42,129 nt of DNA from a virus (lineage: Duplodnaviria > Caudoviricetes). The notes below the pieces were generated by a model, which searched no databases, was not told where the DNA came from, and saw nothing but the letters and a program-made list of their open reading frames with translations. Position 1 is the stretch's first letter; each line of letters opens with the position of its first letter. The stretch lies in IMG/VR virus record IMGVR_UViG_3300017937_000051, positions 1 through 42,129 of that record; one strand, written 5' to 3'. The position numbers and the translations under genes are program-made. Below are positions 25,462 to 35,494 of the stretch, in pieces.

Positions 25462-25742
25462 AAGACGCGACGCCGGACAATCCGGAGCCGCGCGACTACA
25501 TCGCGCTGCCCGATATCGGCTGGCCGGAAATTCGCGTGCATCCCTCGCATCTCGTCGATGCGGAAACGATGTGCGTGATCGACCTGTGGTCGCTGTGGCG
25601 CGGCGGCCAAAATCCATTTGGGGGCGGCAACGGGCCGTTGCCGTTCGGCGGCGGCGCGGCGGAGCAGCCGGCGTTGCTGATGGACGCCTTCGCCTTTCTC
25701 GAAACCCAGGCCGACAAGATCAAGCCGCCCGCGCAGGGTTGA
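25400..25742 (+). CDS. -1 frameshift extension of the tail chaperone (gpGT-like)
   Basis: A8 run at 25400-25407; -1 frame open to TGA 25742 and encoding LPFGGGAAEQPALLMDAF. Confidence 0.75.
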
Positions 25743-25752
25743 AGGTGCCCGC

Positions 25753-26418
25753 ATGAGCATTCGCTTCAAGGCCGGATGGGTGGGCGGCGAAGGCTTCAAG
25801 GACTGGGTGGCGTCGGTGAAGAGCGACGCGGCGATCGCCGTCACCGCCGGCGTTTCCGCCGCCGCCGACAATCTGAAAAACGAATTGCGCGACCAGATCA
25901 CCTCGGCGGGAATGGGCACGCGGCTCGGCAATGCCCTGGGCAGCAATGTCTATCCGCGCGCCGGAAAGTTCTCGCTCGACGCGGCGGGCTATGTTTTCCC
26001 GCGCGGCAAGCGCGCCGAGTCCATCTTCACGTCGTTCAACGAAGCGGCGACCGTGCACGCGCAGGGCCACCGCTATCTGGCGATCCCGACAAAGGACGCG
26101 GGCCGCGCGAACCGCTTCGGCGCGGTGACGCCGGAAGAATTCCAGTTTCGCACCGGCATCAAGCTGCAGGTGGCGAAATTGCCCAGCGGCAAGCTGGCCC
26201 TCGTCGGTGAATCGATCGGCGCCCGCTCCGGCCACGGGCAGCGCGCGCCGACCAAACGCCGCCGCGCGCAGGGCCGCAGCGTGCAGACGCTGATCTTCTT
26301 TTTCCTCGTGCCGGTCGCGCACGAACCGCGGCGGCTGGATTTCGCCAGCGCCGCGGCGAAGTGGGCCGACCGCATTCCAGACCTCATCGACGCCGCGACG
26401 CCGCAGGGAGACGTGTAA
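25753..26418 (+). CDS. DUF6441-like tail/neck protein
   Basis: LK.ELRDQI..AGMG.RL...YP....SLDAAG...YLAIP. Confidence 0.7.
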   Translation: MSIRFKAGWVGGEGFKDWVASVKSDAAIAVTAGVSAAADNLKNELRDQITSAGMGTRLGNALGSNVYPRAGKFSLDAAGYVFPRGKRAESIFTSFNEAATVHAQGHRYLAIPTKDAGRANRFGAVTPEEFQFRTGIKLQVAKLPSGKLALVGESIGARSGHGQRAPTKRRRAQGRSVQTLIFFFLVPVAHEPRRLDFASAAAKWADRIPDLIDAATPQGDV

Positions 26419-29400
26419 TGCCCCGCACTTATACGTTTCGCCTCACCGCCGAAGGCGTCGAGCAGCTCCAGAAGCAGCTGAACGATCTTGGCCCGCAGGG
26501 CGAGGCGGCGTTCCAGCGCATCGCCGCCGCCGCCCCCGGCATGGCCAACGCCGTCGAACAGGCGCAGGCCCGCGCGAGCCGCGCGCAGCAGCGCCTCGTC
26601 GACGAGACGCGCACGCAATATGCGTCGCTGCAATCCTCCATCAATCCCTACATCGCCGCGCAGCAGCGCCTCGCCGATGCGCGCGGTGTCGTCACCGCCG
26701 CGCAGAAGCTCGGCATCGCGTCCGACACCGACGCGGCGCAGACCATGGCCGCGCTTGAGCAGCGTTTCGCGGGCGCCAGCAACGGCCTTTCCGGTTTCGG
26801 CGCGGTGCTGGGCACGGCACGCACCGCGCTCGGCGCGTTCGGCATCGCGCTCGGCGTCGAGCAGGTGGTGTCGTTCGGCAACGAAATCTTCAACGCCGCC
26901 GCGGGCCTCGATGCGCAGGCCAAGCAGATCGGCGTCTCGACACTGGCGCTGCAGGCCTATCGCGCCGCGCTGCGCGACAGCGGCATCGATGTCGGCACCA
27001 CCGACTCCCTGATCCAGCATTTCACCCGCACCATCGGCGTGGCGCAGGCCGGCACCGGCGCGCAGCGCGAAGCCTTCGTGCAGCTGGGCATCACCGCCAA
27101 CGATCTGGCCGGCGGCACGGAAGCCGTGCTGCCCAAGGTCGCCGCCGCGCTGCTCGGCATCAAGGACGCCTCGACGCGCGCCGCGCTGGAAGCGGCGCTG
27201 TTCGGCAAGACCGGGCAGGATCTGGAATCCGCGCTCACCGATCTTCTGACGCCGACGCAGGAGCTGATCGACCGCGAGACGAAGCTCGGCCAGGTGATGG
27301 GCACCGATCTCACCGCCGCCGCCGACAAGGCGCAGCGCGAGATGCTGCAAAGCTGGCAGAAGCTCGAAGTGGGGCTGACGCCGATCGTGGTGTCGATCAC
27401 GGGGCTGATCTCCGGGCTGATCTCGGAAGTCGCGGGCCTCGCCTCGTTCCCCTCCGCGGTGATCGCGGCGGCGCAGGCCGCGAAAGGCAAGACCGCCGAC
27501 TGGAAGATTCCGGGCACGGCCGCCAACGGCAAAACACCCACAGGCGTCACCACCGATCTCAATCTGGGCGCGCTCGGCAGCGATGCGCTGTCGCTTTCGC
27601 CGGCATCGTCCGGCACGGTGGGCGGCGCGGGCGCGAGCGGCTTCGGCGGCTCTTCGCCCAATGCCGATGCGTTCCTCGCCAAGGCGAAGGAAGAAGCGGC
27701 GCTCGCCGGTTTGTCGGCGTCGGAGCGCGCGGCGGAGACGAACGCGATCGCGCTGGCCAATGCCAAGCTCGCCGACGGCAATGCCACCATCAAGGACTCG
27801 AACGGCCTCCTGCTGAAGCAGGTGTCGAGCTACGACCAGGCCAAGACGCTGCTCACCGCGTCCGAACTGGCGCAGGCCCGTTCGCTCGGCATCCAGACGC
27901 AGCAGGCCACCGCGGCGCAGAAGCTCAAGACCACCTACGATCAATACATCGCGGCGCTGGGCGAGGAAGCGCGCGTGGCGGGCGAAAGCGCGGCGCAGCG
28001 CGAGGACGAACTGGCCACGGTGAAAGCCGCGCAGATCGTGCAGAAACAGCGCGGCGTGCTGGAACAGAACCTTGTCCAGACCTACGCGCAGGCGCAGAAG
28101 ATCCTCTCGGCCACGCAGATCATCGAGATCGCGCGCGAGGAATCGGCCAAGCGCGTGGCGGCCATCACCCAGAGCCAGACGCAGCAGCTGGCGCTGCTCG
28201 ATGTCGGCCTGCAGCACGATGCGGATACGCGCGCGCTGGCGGTGAAGAACGCGCAGGACGAACTCGCGGCCGGCAAGGGCCTCACCGACGAGCAGAAAGC
28301 GCAGATCGAGAACAACAACCGCCTGATCCAGCAGAAGCAGGATCTGGAGCAGTACTCCGATCTCATCGCCAACATGAAGGAAGAGGCGCAGCTCGCGGGC
28401 CTCTCCGCCGACGAACGCGAGCGCGAAGCGGCGGTGCTGAAGGAAATGCACGCCCAGCACGGCCAGCTGTCGCAGGATCAGGCCGACGAAATCCGCCAGC
28501 TTGTCGCCGCGCGGCAGGAAGCGGAGAAGATCGGCCAGTTCGCGAGCAACGTGCAGGACGATTTCGCCAACGCCTTCGCCGAGATCGGCCAGAAGGGCAA
28601 AAACGCATTCGGCGATCTGCTCTCCGCCATCAAGCAGCAATTCGCGCAGCTGCTGGGCTGGATGATCGCGCAGGCCATCGCGCAGCCCATCATCGTGCCG
28701 GTGGTGCAAAGCCTTGTCGGCACGGCCTCCGGCATCGGCGGACTGCTCGGCGGCGGCACGGGTCTTCTGGGCGGCGGTTCCTCGCCGCTCGGCGGCATCG
28801 GCTCCATCGGCAATCTGCTTGGCGGCAGCGGCAATGGCGGAATGCTCGGCGGTGTCGGCTCGTGGATCTCCGGCGGCATCAACTCCCTCGGCGCGTCGCT
28901 CGGCTTCGGCACCACGGCCACCACCGCGCTGATCGGCAACATCCCCACCCTCGGCGCGGACGGACTGATCACCGGCTCAGCCAATATCGGCGGCAGCATC
29001 ACCTCGCTGCTTCCCGGCACCAGCGGACTTCTGGGCGCAACGTCGCTCGGCAGCGTGCTGGGCGGCGCGTTCGGCGGCATGGGCATCGGCGGTCTCGCCG
29101 GTTCGCTGCTCGGCGAAAACAGCCTGGGCAGCAATATCGGCGGCGCCATCGGCGGCATTGTCGGCTCGATCATTCCGGGCATAGGCACGCTGATCGGCTC
29201 GCTCGCGGGCGGATTGCTCGGCGGCCTGTTCGGCAACAGCAAGCCTTCCGCGCATCGCGCCACCGCCAATTTCGACGGCAATTTCGACGTGACCGGCATC
29301 TCCGGCACGAAGATGACGCAGCAGAGCACGCAGGCCGCCACCGCCGCCGGGCAGGCGATCAGCCAGGTGATGCAGGCGCTGGAGCAGGAAGGCATCGACG

Positions 29401-31118
29401 TTTCGAACACGATCTCGAAACTCACGATCAGCCAGAGCCGCGACCAGTCCTTCATCACCACCGCGTCGGGCCAGCGCATCAATGTCGGCAAACCGGGCGA
29501 CGTGCAGGGCGCGATCACCGGCACGCTCGACTATCTGCTGGGCAGCGCGGGCAGCAAGGACCCAAACGTCGCCGCGGTGCTGAAGCATTACGAGCAGAAC
29601 GGCGGCATCACCACCGACAATCTCCAGCAGGTGTTGAGCGACATCGACTTCGCCAAGACGGTGGGCGATTTGAAGGACGCCAACAAGCAGCTGGATAGCG
29701 TGCAGGCGGGGCTGAAATCGATCACCGACAGCTTCGATGCCGCGATCCAGAAGGCCAAGGGCCTGGGCATCGACACCAAGAACCTCGTCGCGCAGGAAAA
29801 GGAAGCGGTCCAGGCCTACAAGAACAGCTTCAACAAGTCGATTTCGCTGGCGCTGGAGCAGATCACCGATCCGGTGAAATACCAGTTCGACCAGCTGATG
29901 GCGGCGGAGAAGCAGCAGCTCGACGACGCCAAAGCCATCGGCGTGGATCTGACGAACGTGCTGGCGCTGAACAAGGCGCTGACCGATCAGGCGCTGCAGC
30001 AATACAAGGACGCTGTCGTCGCCGCCAAGGCGAACCTTGCGGCGGTCGAAGCGCAGGGCCAGCCGGTGGCGATGACCGTCGACCAGGCGCAGAGCCAGCT
30101 GGAGCAGGCCTATTCGGCGCGCGCGTCCGGCTACAACAACACCATCGCCACCTTCACCGACGTGGCCGCCAGCCTGCGCGCCGCCGTGCAGCAGCTGTCG
30201 CTGTCCACCGCGTCGTCGCCGCTCACCTCCACCAGCATCGCGCAGCAGCAGTTCCTCGATGCGGCGAAGGCGGCGAAGGGCGGCAATGCCAGCGCCTATT
30301 CCGCGCTGCCCGGCGCGGGCGAAGCCTATCTGCAGGCGCTGAGCGCCACCGCCACCTCGCCGCAGGAATATGCGCTGGCGGTGGCGAAGGTGAAGACCGC
30401 GCTCGCCGATGCGGCCAAGCAGGCCGACAAGCAGGTCTCGACCGCGCAGAAGTCGCTGGACGCGCTGAACAAGCAGGTGAAGGGCCTCATCTCCGTGAAC
30501 GACAATGTCGTCTCGGTGAAGAAGGCCATCGAGGAATTGAAGACGGCGGAAGCGGCGCAGGCCAAGGCGCAGGCCGCCGCCGTGGCCGCCGCGGAGAAGC
30601 AGCTGGCGGCGGCCGTGGCGCAGCTGAAGGAAGCGAACGCCATCGCCAAGGGCACCGACACGTCGTCGTCTTCGTCCACGAAAACATCGTCCTCGGGCAA
30701 GACGTCCACCGGCTCCAGCGGCAAGACCTCCACCGGAAGCGGCGACACCACCGGCGCGAATGACAATGGCGGCACGCCGCTGCTCGACAAGCTCGGCATC
30801 CACAACATCAAGCTGCCGGGGCTCAATCTCGGCATCAAGGGCCTGATGAACGGCGGCGATTTTTCCGCCGGCGAGGATCTGTGGGTCGGCGAGGCGGGGC
30901 CGGAGCGCGTGCGCTTCGGCGCGGGCGGCCATGTGTTCTCCAATGCGCAGAGCGCGTTCAACGACAGCGGCATCGTCGCCGCGCTGGCCGCGATGATGCG
31001 GCAGAATGAAAAGCTGCTCGGCGAATTGAAGACGCTGCGCGAGAACCACGCCGCCGCGCTGAAGATCTGGAAGTCCGTCACCCAGGGCGGCGATACCATC
31101 CGAACGAAAGCCGCCTGA
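26418..31118 (+). CDS. Tail tape measure protein (1566 aa)
   Basis: Long Ala/Gln-rich helical protein, Gly-rich hydrophobic segment, C-terminal VGEAGPE motif; ATG 26418. Confidence 0.92.
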   Translation: MPRTYTFRLTAEGVEQLQKQLNDLGPQGEAAFQRIAAAAPGMANAVEQAQARASRAQQRLVDETRTQYASLQSSINPYIAAQQRLADARGVVTAAQKLGIASDTDAAQTMAALEQRFAGASNGLSGFGAVLGTARTALGAFGIALGVEQVVSFGNEIFNAAAGLDAQAKQIGVSTLALQAYRAALRDSGIDVGTTDSLIQHFTRTIGVAQAGTGAQREAFVQLGITANDLAGGTEAVLPKVAAALLGIKDASTRAALEAALFGKTGQDLESALTDLLTPTQELIDRETKLGQVMGTDLTAAADKAQREMLQSWQKLEVGLTPIVVSITGLISGLISEVAGLASFPSAVIAAAQAAKGKTADWKIPGTAANGKTPTGVTTDLNLGALGSDALSLSPASSGTVGGAGASGFGGSSPNADAFLAKAKEEAALAGLSASERAAETNAIALANAKLADGNATIKDSNGLLLKQVSSYDQAKTLLTASELAQARSLGIQTQQATAAQKLKTTYDQYIAALGEEARVAGESAAQREDELATVKAAQIVQKQRGVLEQNLVQTYAQAQKILSATQIIEIAREESAKRVAAITQSQTQQLALLDVGLQHDADTRALAVKNAQDELAAGKGLTDEQKAQIENNNRLIQQKQDLEQYSDLIANMKEEAQLAGLSADEREREAAVLKEMHAQHGQLSQDQADEIRQLVAARQEAEKIGQFASNVQDDFANAFAEIGQKGKNAFGDLLSAIKQQFAQLLGWMIAQAIAQPIIVPVVQSLVGTASGIGGLLGGGTGLLGGGSSPLGGIGSIGNLLGGSGNGGMLGGVGSWISGGINSLGASLGFGTTATTALIGNIPTLGADGLITGSANIGGSITSLLPGTSGLLGATSLGSVLGGAFGGMGIGGLAGSLLGENSLGSNIGGAIGGIVGSIIPGIGTLIGSLAGGLLGGLFGNSKPSAHRATANFDGNFDVTGISGTKMTQQSTQAATAAGQAISQVMQALEQEGIDVSNTISKLTISQSRDQSFITTASGQRINVGKPGDVQGAITGTLDYLLGSAGSKDPNVAAVLKHYEQNGGITTDNLQQVLSDIDFAKTVGDLKDANKQLDSVQAGLKSITDSFDAAIQKAKGLGIDTKNLVAQEKEAVQAYKNSFNKSISLALEQITDPVKYQFDQLMAAEKQQLDDAKAIGVDLTNVLALNKALTDQALQQYKDAVVAAKANLAAVEAQGQPVAMTVDQAQSQLEQAYSARASGYNNTIATFTDVAASLRAAVQQLSLSTASSPLTSTSIAQQQFLDAAKAAKGGNASAYSALPGAGEAYLQALSATATSPQEYALAVAKVKTALADAAKQADKQVSTAQKSLDALNKQVKGLISVNDNVVSVKKAIEELKTAEAAQAKAQAAAVAAAEKQLAAAVAQLKEANAIAKGTDTSSSSSTKTSSSGKTSTGSSGKTSTGSGDTTGANDNGGTPLLDKLGIHNIKLPGLNLGIKGLMNGGDFSAGEDLWVGEAGPERVRFGAGGHVFSNAQSAFNDSGIVAALAAMMRQNEKLLGELKTLRENHAAALKIWKSVTQGGDTIRTKAA

Positions 31119-32050
31119 TGCGCGTCGTCGAGCCCATCGTCATTGCCGGATCGCTGCTGTCCAGCAGCAGCGTGAGCGAGCCCGACACCACCATCGCGGG
31201 CGAGGCGGCGTGGAATAACAGCCACACCTATGCCGCCGGCGATGTCGCGATCAGCACCACCAGCCACCGCCGCTTCCTGTCGCTGCAGGACGGCAATCTG
31301 AACAAGGCGCTGCCGAACTATCCATCCGCCACGGCCAACGACTGGTGGGAAGACAACGGCCCCACCAACAAATGGGCGATGTTCGATCTCACCAGCAACC
31401 AGGCGACGGAAGGCGCATCGCCGCTGGAAGTAAGCATTGCGCCGGGCAAGCGCATCAACGCGCTGGCGCTGGTGGGGCTTGTCGGCGACAGCGTGACCAT
31501 CACCGGCACCAGCGGCGGCGGCACGGTCTACGGCCCCAAGACGGTGGCGATCCGCACCCGCGACGTGACCGACTGGTACGACTATTTCTTCGCCGAATTC
31601 GAAACGCAGGGCGCCGTCGCGCTGTTCGACATTCCGCCCTACACCGACCTTGTGCTCGACATCTCCATCGCGCGCGCCACCGGCAATCCCGAATGCACCT
31701 ATGTGGTGGTGGGCACGGCGACGACGATCGGCACCGCGCAGTTCGGCGTCAATCTGGGCGCGGACAACTATTCGCAGATCACGCGCGATATTTTCGGCAA
31801 CGCCACGCTGGTGCCGCGCCGCTCGATCCCCACGATCTCGCAGACGGTGATCGCGGATGTGGCGCTGACCACGAAAATCCAGGGCCTGATCGACCGGCTT
31901 AACGCGACGCCGGCGCTGTTCTCGACCGCCGACGATTCCAGCGAGCCGTTCTTCCAGCCGCTGCTGATCGTCGGGATCTACAAGTCGTGGCCCATCACCT
32001 TCATCAACGCCAAGAAAATCCAGCAGCAGCTCGAACTGGAGCAAATCTGA
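31118..32050 (+). CDS. Tail tip/distal tail protein with N-terminal beta-rich module
   Basis: W...TYAAGD...GPTNKWAMFD...DWYDYFF...DIFGN; follows tape measure. Confidence 0.7.
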   Translation: MRVVEPIVIAGSLLSSSSVSEPDTTIAGEAAWNNSHTYAAGDVAISTTSHRRFLSLQDGNLNKALPNYPSATANDWWEDNGPTNKWAMFDLTSNQATEGASPLEVSIAPGKRINALALVGLVGDSVTITGTSGGGTVYGPKTVAIRTRDVTDWYDYFFAEFETQGAVALFDIPPYTDLVLDISIARATGNPECTYVVVGTATTIGTAQFGVNLGADNYSQITRDIFGNATLVPRRSIPTISQTVIADVALTTKIQGLIDRLNATPALFSTADDSSEPFFQPLLIVGIYKSWPITFINAKKIQQQLELEQI

Positions 32051-32051
32051 C

Positions 32052-33503
32052 ATGACGACGATCCCGTCCATCACCGCCTTGCCCGATCCGCCGCAGACCT
32101 CCGATCCGGAGAATTTCGCAACCAAGGCCGACGCCTTCATCGAGGCGCTGATCACCTTCTGCACCGAGATGAACGCGGCGATCACCGCCACGAACACGGT
32201 GTCGGGCGAGGTGAGCGCCAATGCGAGCTCGGCGTCTTCGTCGGCATCGTCCGCCAGCGGCTCGGCTTCCGCGGCTTCGAGTTCGGCTTCGAGCGCCAGC
32301 ACCTCCGCTTCCACGGCATCGACCGCCGCGACCACGGCCACGAACTACGCCACCAAGACCGACGACTATGCGGCGAGCACCGACAATTCGGCGAAGAGCT
32401 GGGCGGTGGGCGGCACCGGCAACGGTGCGCCGTCCGGGGGCGATGCGAAAAGCTGGGCGCAGAAGACCGGCGCGGCGGTGATCGCGGGCGTCTATTCCGC
32501 GAAGGAATGGGCCGTTGGCACCTTCCTGCGCGGCACCAGCGGCGGCGGCAGCGCGAAAGACTGGGCCACCTACACCGGCGGCACGGTGGACAACGCCGAT
32601 TACAGCGCGAAGAGCTACGCGCAGGCCGCGGCCACCTCCGCGAGCGCGCTGGTGGCGAACGCCAACGCCTATCGCACCGTGGACGTGGTGGCGACGAGTA
32701 ACGTCTCGATCTCCACCGGCCTCGCGGCCGGGCAGACGATCGACGGCGTGACACTCACCACCGGCATGCGCGTGCTGCTGACCGCGCAATCCACCGGCTC
32801 GCAGAACGGCATCTACGACGTGCCGTCCAGCGGCAGCGCCTCGCGCAGCGCCGACAGCAACACCGCGCTCCTGATGCCCAGCGGCATCACCGTGGCGGTG
32901 ACGCAGGGAGCGGCAGGGGCTAGGAGTAGCTACTTGCACACCACCGCTCCCGGCTACACGCTGGGTACAACTGCGCTGACCTTCGCAAAGCGCAACAACC
33001 AAGACGTTACTTCCAGCGCCGTGCCGTCCTTCTCCGGCATCGCCTTTCCGGCAACACAATCGGCTTCTGCGGACCCGAACACGCTGGACGATTACGAAGA
33101 AGGAACGTGGACGCCGACAGCGTCTCTCGACACCGCTGGCAATTCAACGTGGACTTATGGGGCACGCCTCGGCCTTTACACGAAGATCGGAAACAAGATC
33201 CACCTTGAGTTCAAATTAACTGGCACGCCAACAATCGGGACTGGATCGGGCGGCTTCAAGATCGGTGGCATCCCGTTTGCTGCGAATTCCAACATCCTTC
33301 CCGGCGGCGGCGTTGTCGTTCTGTCATCAAACTTCACTTATCCGACGGGGTATACGTCGCCGACCTTTGCGATGTGGGATGCGAACAATATCTACGTCTC
33401 ACTCACCAAAAGCGCGTCCACGCAAGCGTTTATTCAGGCATCTAACATGGTGACGGGTGCCTCGCATATCACTTCGGGGTCTATCGACTATATCGCCGCG
33501 TGA
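32052..33503 (+). CDS. Tail fibre / receptor-binding protein
   Basis: ITALPDPP..DPENF..KADAF anchor, Ser/Ala stalk, (S/D)AKx(W/Y)A repeats, RVLL.AQ....NGIY module, LDDYEEGTWTP. Confidence 0.85.
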   Translation: MTTIPSITALPDPPQTSDPENFATKADAFIEALITFCTEMNAAITATNTVSGEVSANASSASSSASSASGSASAASSSASSASTSASTASTAATTATNYATKTDDYAASTDNSAKSWAVGGTGNGAPSGGDAKSWAQKTGAAVIAGVYSAKEWAVGTFLRGTSGGGSAKDWATYTGGTVDNADYSAKSYAQAAATSASALVANANAYRTVDVVATSNVSISTGLAAGQTIDGVTLTTGMRVLLTAQSTGSQNGIYDVPSSGSASRSADSNTALLMPSGITVAVTQGAAGARSSYLHTTAPGYTLGTTALTFAKRNNQDVTSSAVPSFSGIAFPATQSASADPNTLDDYEEGTWTPTASLDTAGNSTWTYGARLGLYTKIGNKIHLEFKLTGTPTIGTGSGGFKIGGIPFAANSNILPGGGVVVLSSNFTYPTGYTSPTFAMWDANNIYVSLTKSASTQAFIQASNMVTGASHITSGSIDYIAA

Positions 33504-33559
33504 TTTGCGCGCGCCATGCGCGCATCCCGATTTCCTACCTACCACAATGAGGACAATAC

Positions 33560-33898
33560 ATGACCACTTCAAAAGTTATCGCATACGACAAGTCAGAAAT
33601 CCTGAACGACGGCACGGTATTCGTCCGCTTCAAAAAGAAAGTGCTTGTTGACGGACAGGAGTTCTTTTCCGATTGGCACCGCACGGCCATTCCTCCCGGA
33701 CAGGACATCACCCTTCAGCTAGATGCAGTGGATGCAGACCTCGCGCAGCCGGAACGCGGTGGATACGCTCCAATGTCGGCTGATGATCGCGCGAAGATTG
33801 CCGCGTTGGTCGCGCTTGTTCAAACGCCTGATGTGATTACAGCTTATAAGGCAGCCAACCAGGGACCGGTCACAGAGAACATGGAACCGGAGGAATAA
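33560..33898 (+). CDS. Probable tail fibre assembly/partner protein
   Basis: DK.EI..DG.V.VR....DG.E....HR....PG.D pattern; follows the fibre; same low GC. Confidence 0.6.
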   Translation: MTTSKVIAYDKSEILNDGTVFVRFKKKVLVDGQEFFSDWHRTAIPPGQDITLQLDAVDADLAQPERGGYAPMSADDRAKIAALVALVQTPDVITAYKAANQGPVTENMEPEE

Positions 33899-33903
33899 TC
33901 CGC

Positions 33904-34083
33904 TTAGGTCTTTTTTGACTGATCAATGAAGCGCATGTGTTCTTCGAACTCAGACGCGCTCATAAACCCAGTTCCGCCGCACTCGGTGCATTCCTCCGAA
34001 TTGCTTGAGGGCGTGCAAACAGGGCACGGGACTCTGTGATCCGATAGGCGGATCGTTTTGTTTTCCGGTCTTTCTTGTTCCAT
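33904..34083 (-). CDS. Small zinc-finger protein (59 aa), moron
   Basis: CPVC...CTECGGTG; own TTGACC-N17-AGGAAT promoter candidate (34118-34090). Confidence 0.5.
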   Translation of the reverse strand: MEQERPENKTIRLSDHRVPCPVCTPSSNSEECTECGGTGFMSASEFEEHMRFIDQSKKT

Positions 34084-34138
34084 CCGCGCATTCCTGCACC
34101 GAGGCCTTGCGGGGTCAAGGTCCCAGCGAGGAAATCCA

Positions 34139-34666
34139 ATGCTCCAGCCATCCGGCCGCGCGTGGTGCGCGCGGTTTCCCACGTCCACGTCGATCAACGA
34201 CCTGGAGCCGAAATTCGCGGAGAAGGTCGCCTCCTTCCTGCACGCGCTGAACAATGCCGGCGCGCATGTGGAGGTGTCAGCCACATACCGCCCCGCCGAG
34301 CGCGCTTATCTGATGCACTACGCCTGCATGATCTGCGCGGGCGCGCAGGACCCGGCGCAGGTGCCGCCGATGGCGGGCGTGGACATCGACTGGAGCCATG
34401 GCGGCGATCTGTCCGAGGCCCGCGCCGGCGCGCGCGAGATGATGGCGGGTTACGGCATCGCCTATCCCGCCGCGCTCGTCTCGCGCCACACCCAGCGGCT
34501 GGCGATCGACATGACGATCCGCTGGAAGGGCACGATCCGCGTCACCGATGCGCGCGGCATCGCGCATGATTGCGCGCGGCAAGAGGATCTGTGGCCCATC
34601 GGCGCCAGCTACGGCGTCCACAAGCTGCCGAGCGACGCGCCGCACTGGAGCACCGATGGGCATTGA
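34139..34666 (+). CDS. Endolysin, M15-like Zn peptidase
   Basis: ATYRP..R, SRHTQRLAID (SxHxxxxAxD), D.PHWS. Confidence 0.8.
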   Translation: MLQPSGRAWCARFPTSTSINDLEPKFAEKVASFLHALNNAGAHVEVSATYRPAERAYLMHYACMICAGAQDPAQVPPMAGVDIDWSHGGDLSEARAGAREMMAGYGIAYPAALVSRHTQRLAIDMTIRWKGTIRVTDARGIAHDCARQEDLWPIGASYGVHKLPSDAPHWSTDGH

Positions 34667-35039
34667 GAAACAAGGATGGTTCGCGCGCCTGTGGGCCGGA
34701 ATGCTGGCGGCTGCACCGCTGGCGCAATGGATCAAGCTGGGCGGCGCGATCATCTCCACGACATGCTTCATCGGCATGGTGTTCCTCGTCTGGCGCGGCG
34801 GCTGGCCGTGGTATCTGGCGGATGTGCGCCTCAATTTCCTCGGCATCGGCATGCTGATCTGCTGCGTTCTGATGGGCCTCTACACGGTCAACGCCACCGG
34901 CACGAGCATTCGCGGACGCTTCGGCAACAGTGAGATCGACCTGCGCAGCGCCGCCGAACAGGCGGGCCGCGAGGCCGCGCGCGATGAAGTCGCCAAGGCC
35001 ATCGAAACCACCGTCCAACCGTCAGCAAAACAGGAATAG
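34656..35039 (+). CDS. Holin candidate
   Basis: Two TM helices and a charged C-terminus; follows endolysin. Confidence 0.55.
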   Translation: MGIEKQGWFARLWAGMLAAAPLAQWIKLGGAIISTTCFIGMVFLVWRGGWPWYLADVRLNFLGIGMLICCVLMGLYTVNATGTSIRGRFGNSEIDLRSAAEQAGREAARDEVAKAIETTVQPSAKQE

Positions 35040-35041
35040 CC

Positions 35042-35494
35042 ATGTTTCCAAATCCGTTCACCTGGCTCGCGGGGAAACTCGCAGGGCCGGTTCTCGCCGC
35101 CATTGGTATTGCAGCGGTGGTCGTCGCGGGCGTTCAGACCGTGCGTCTCGACGGCTTTCATCTGCTCGGCTGGACCGTGCACGAAGGCGCACTCGACCGC
35201 GAAGCCGCTGCGAACAAGCGCGCGGACGCGCTGGGTCATGATCTCGATGTCTGCCACGCGAGCAACGTCACGCTTCAGGACGCGCTGGGGCGGCAGAACA
35301 AGTGGATCAGCGATAACTCCGCCGCTGACTCGCAGCGCCTCAAGGATGCCGCCGCCGCTGTCACCGCCGCGCAGAACGCCACGAACGCGCTGCTCGCAAA
35401 GCTGCGGGCCTTCGGCGCCACGCCACCGCAGGGCAAAGACACTTGCGAGCGCGTGAAGGACGTGGACACCCGCTTTTTGGAGACGCTGAAATGA
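35042..35494 (+). CDS. Rz-like inner-membrane spanin
   Basis: N-terminal TM anchor, periplasmic coiled coil, C-terminal Cys. Confidence 0.7.
   Translation: MFPNPFTWLAGKLAGPVLAAIGIAAVVVAGVQTVRLDGFHLLGWTVHEGALDREAAANKRADALGHDLDVCHASNVTLQDALGRQNKWISDNSAADSQRLKDAAAAVTAAQNATNALLAKLRAFGATPPQGKDTCERVKDVDTRFLETLK

Noticed and set aside
26073-31049. Long antisense ORFs (e.g. 26073..28709, 28977..31049, and similarly 20584..22941, 10323..12107)
   Set aside because: Shadow frames of high-GC coding genes on the opposite strand, with no protein-like motifs
32219-32345. Ser/Ala-rich low-complexity tract as a DNA repeat element
   Set aside because: Codons vary; it is a protein-level stalk of the tail fibre
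32052-33503. Diversity-generating retroelement or invertible tail-fibre cassette
   Set aside because: No reverse transcriptase, no template/variable repeat pair and no invertase or inverted crossover sites seen
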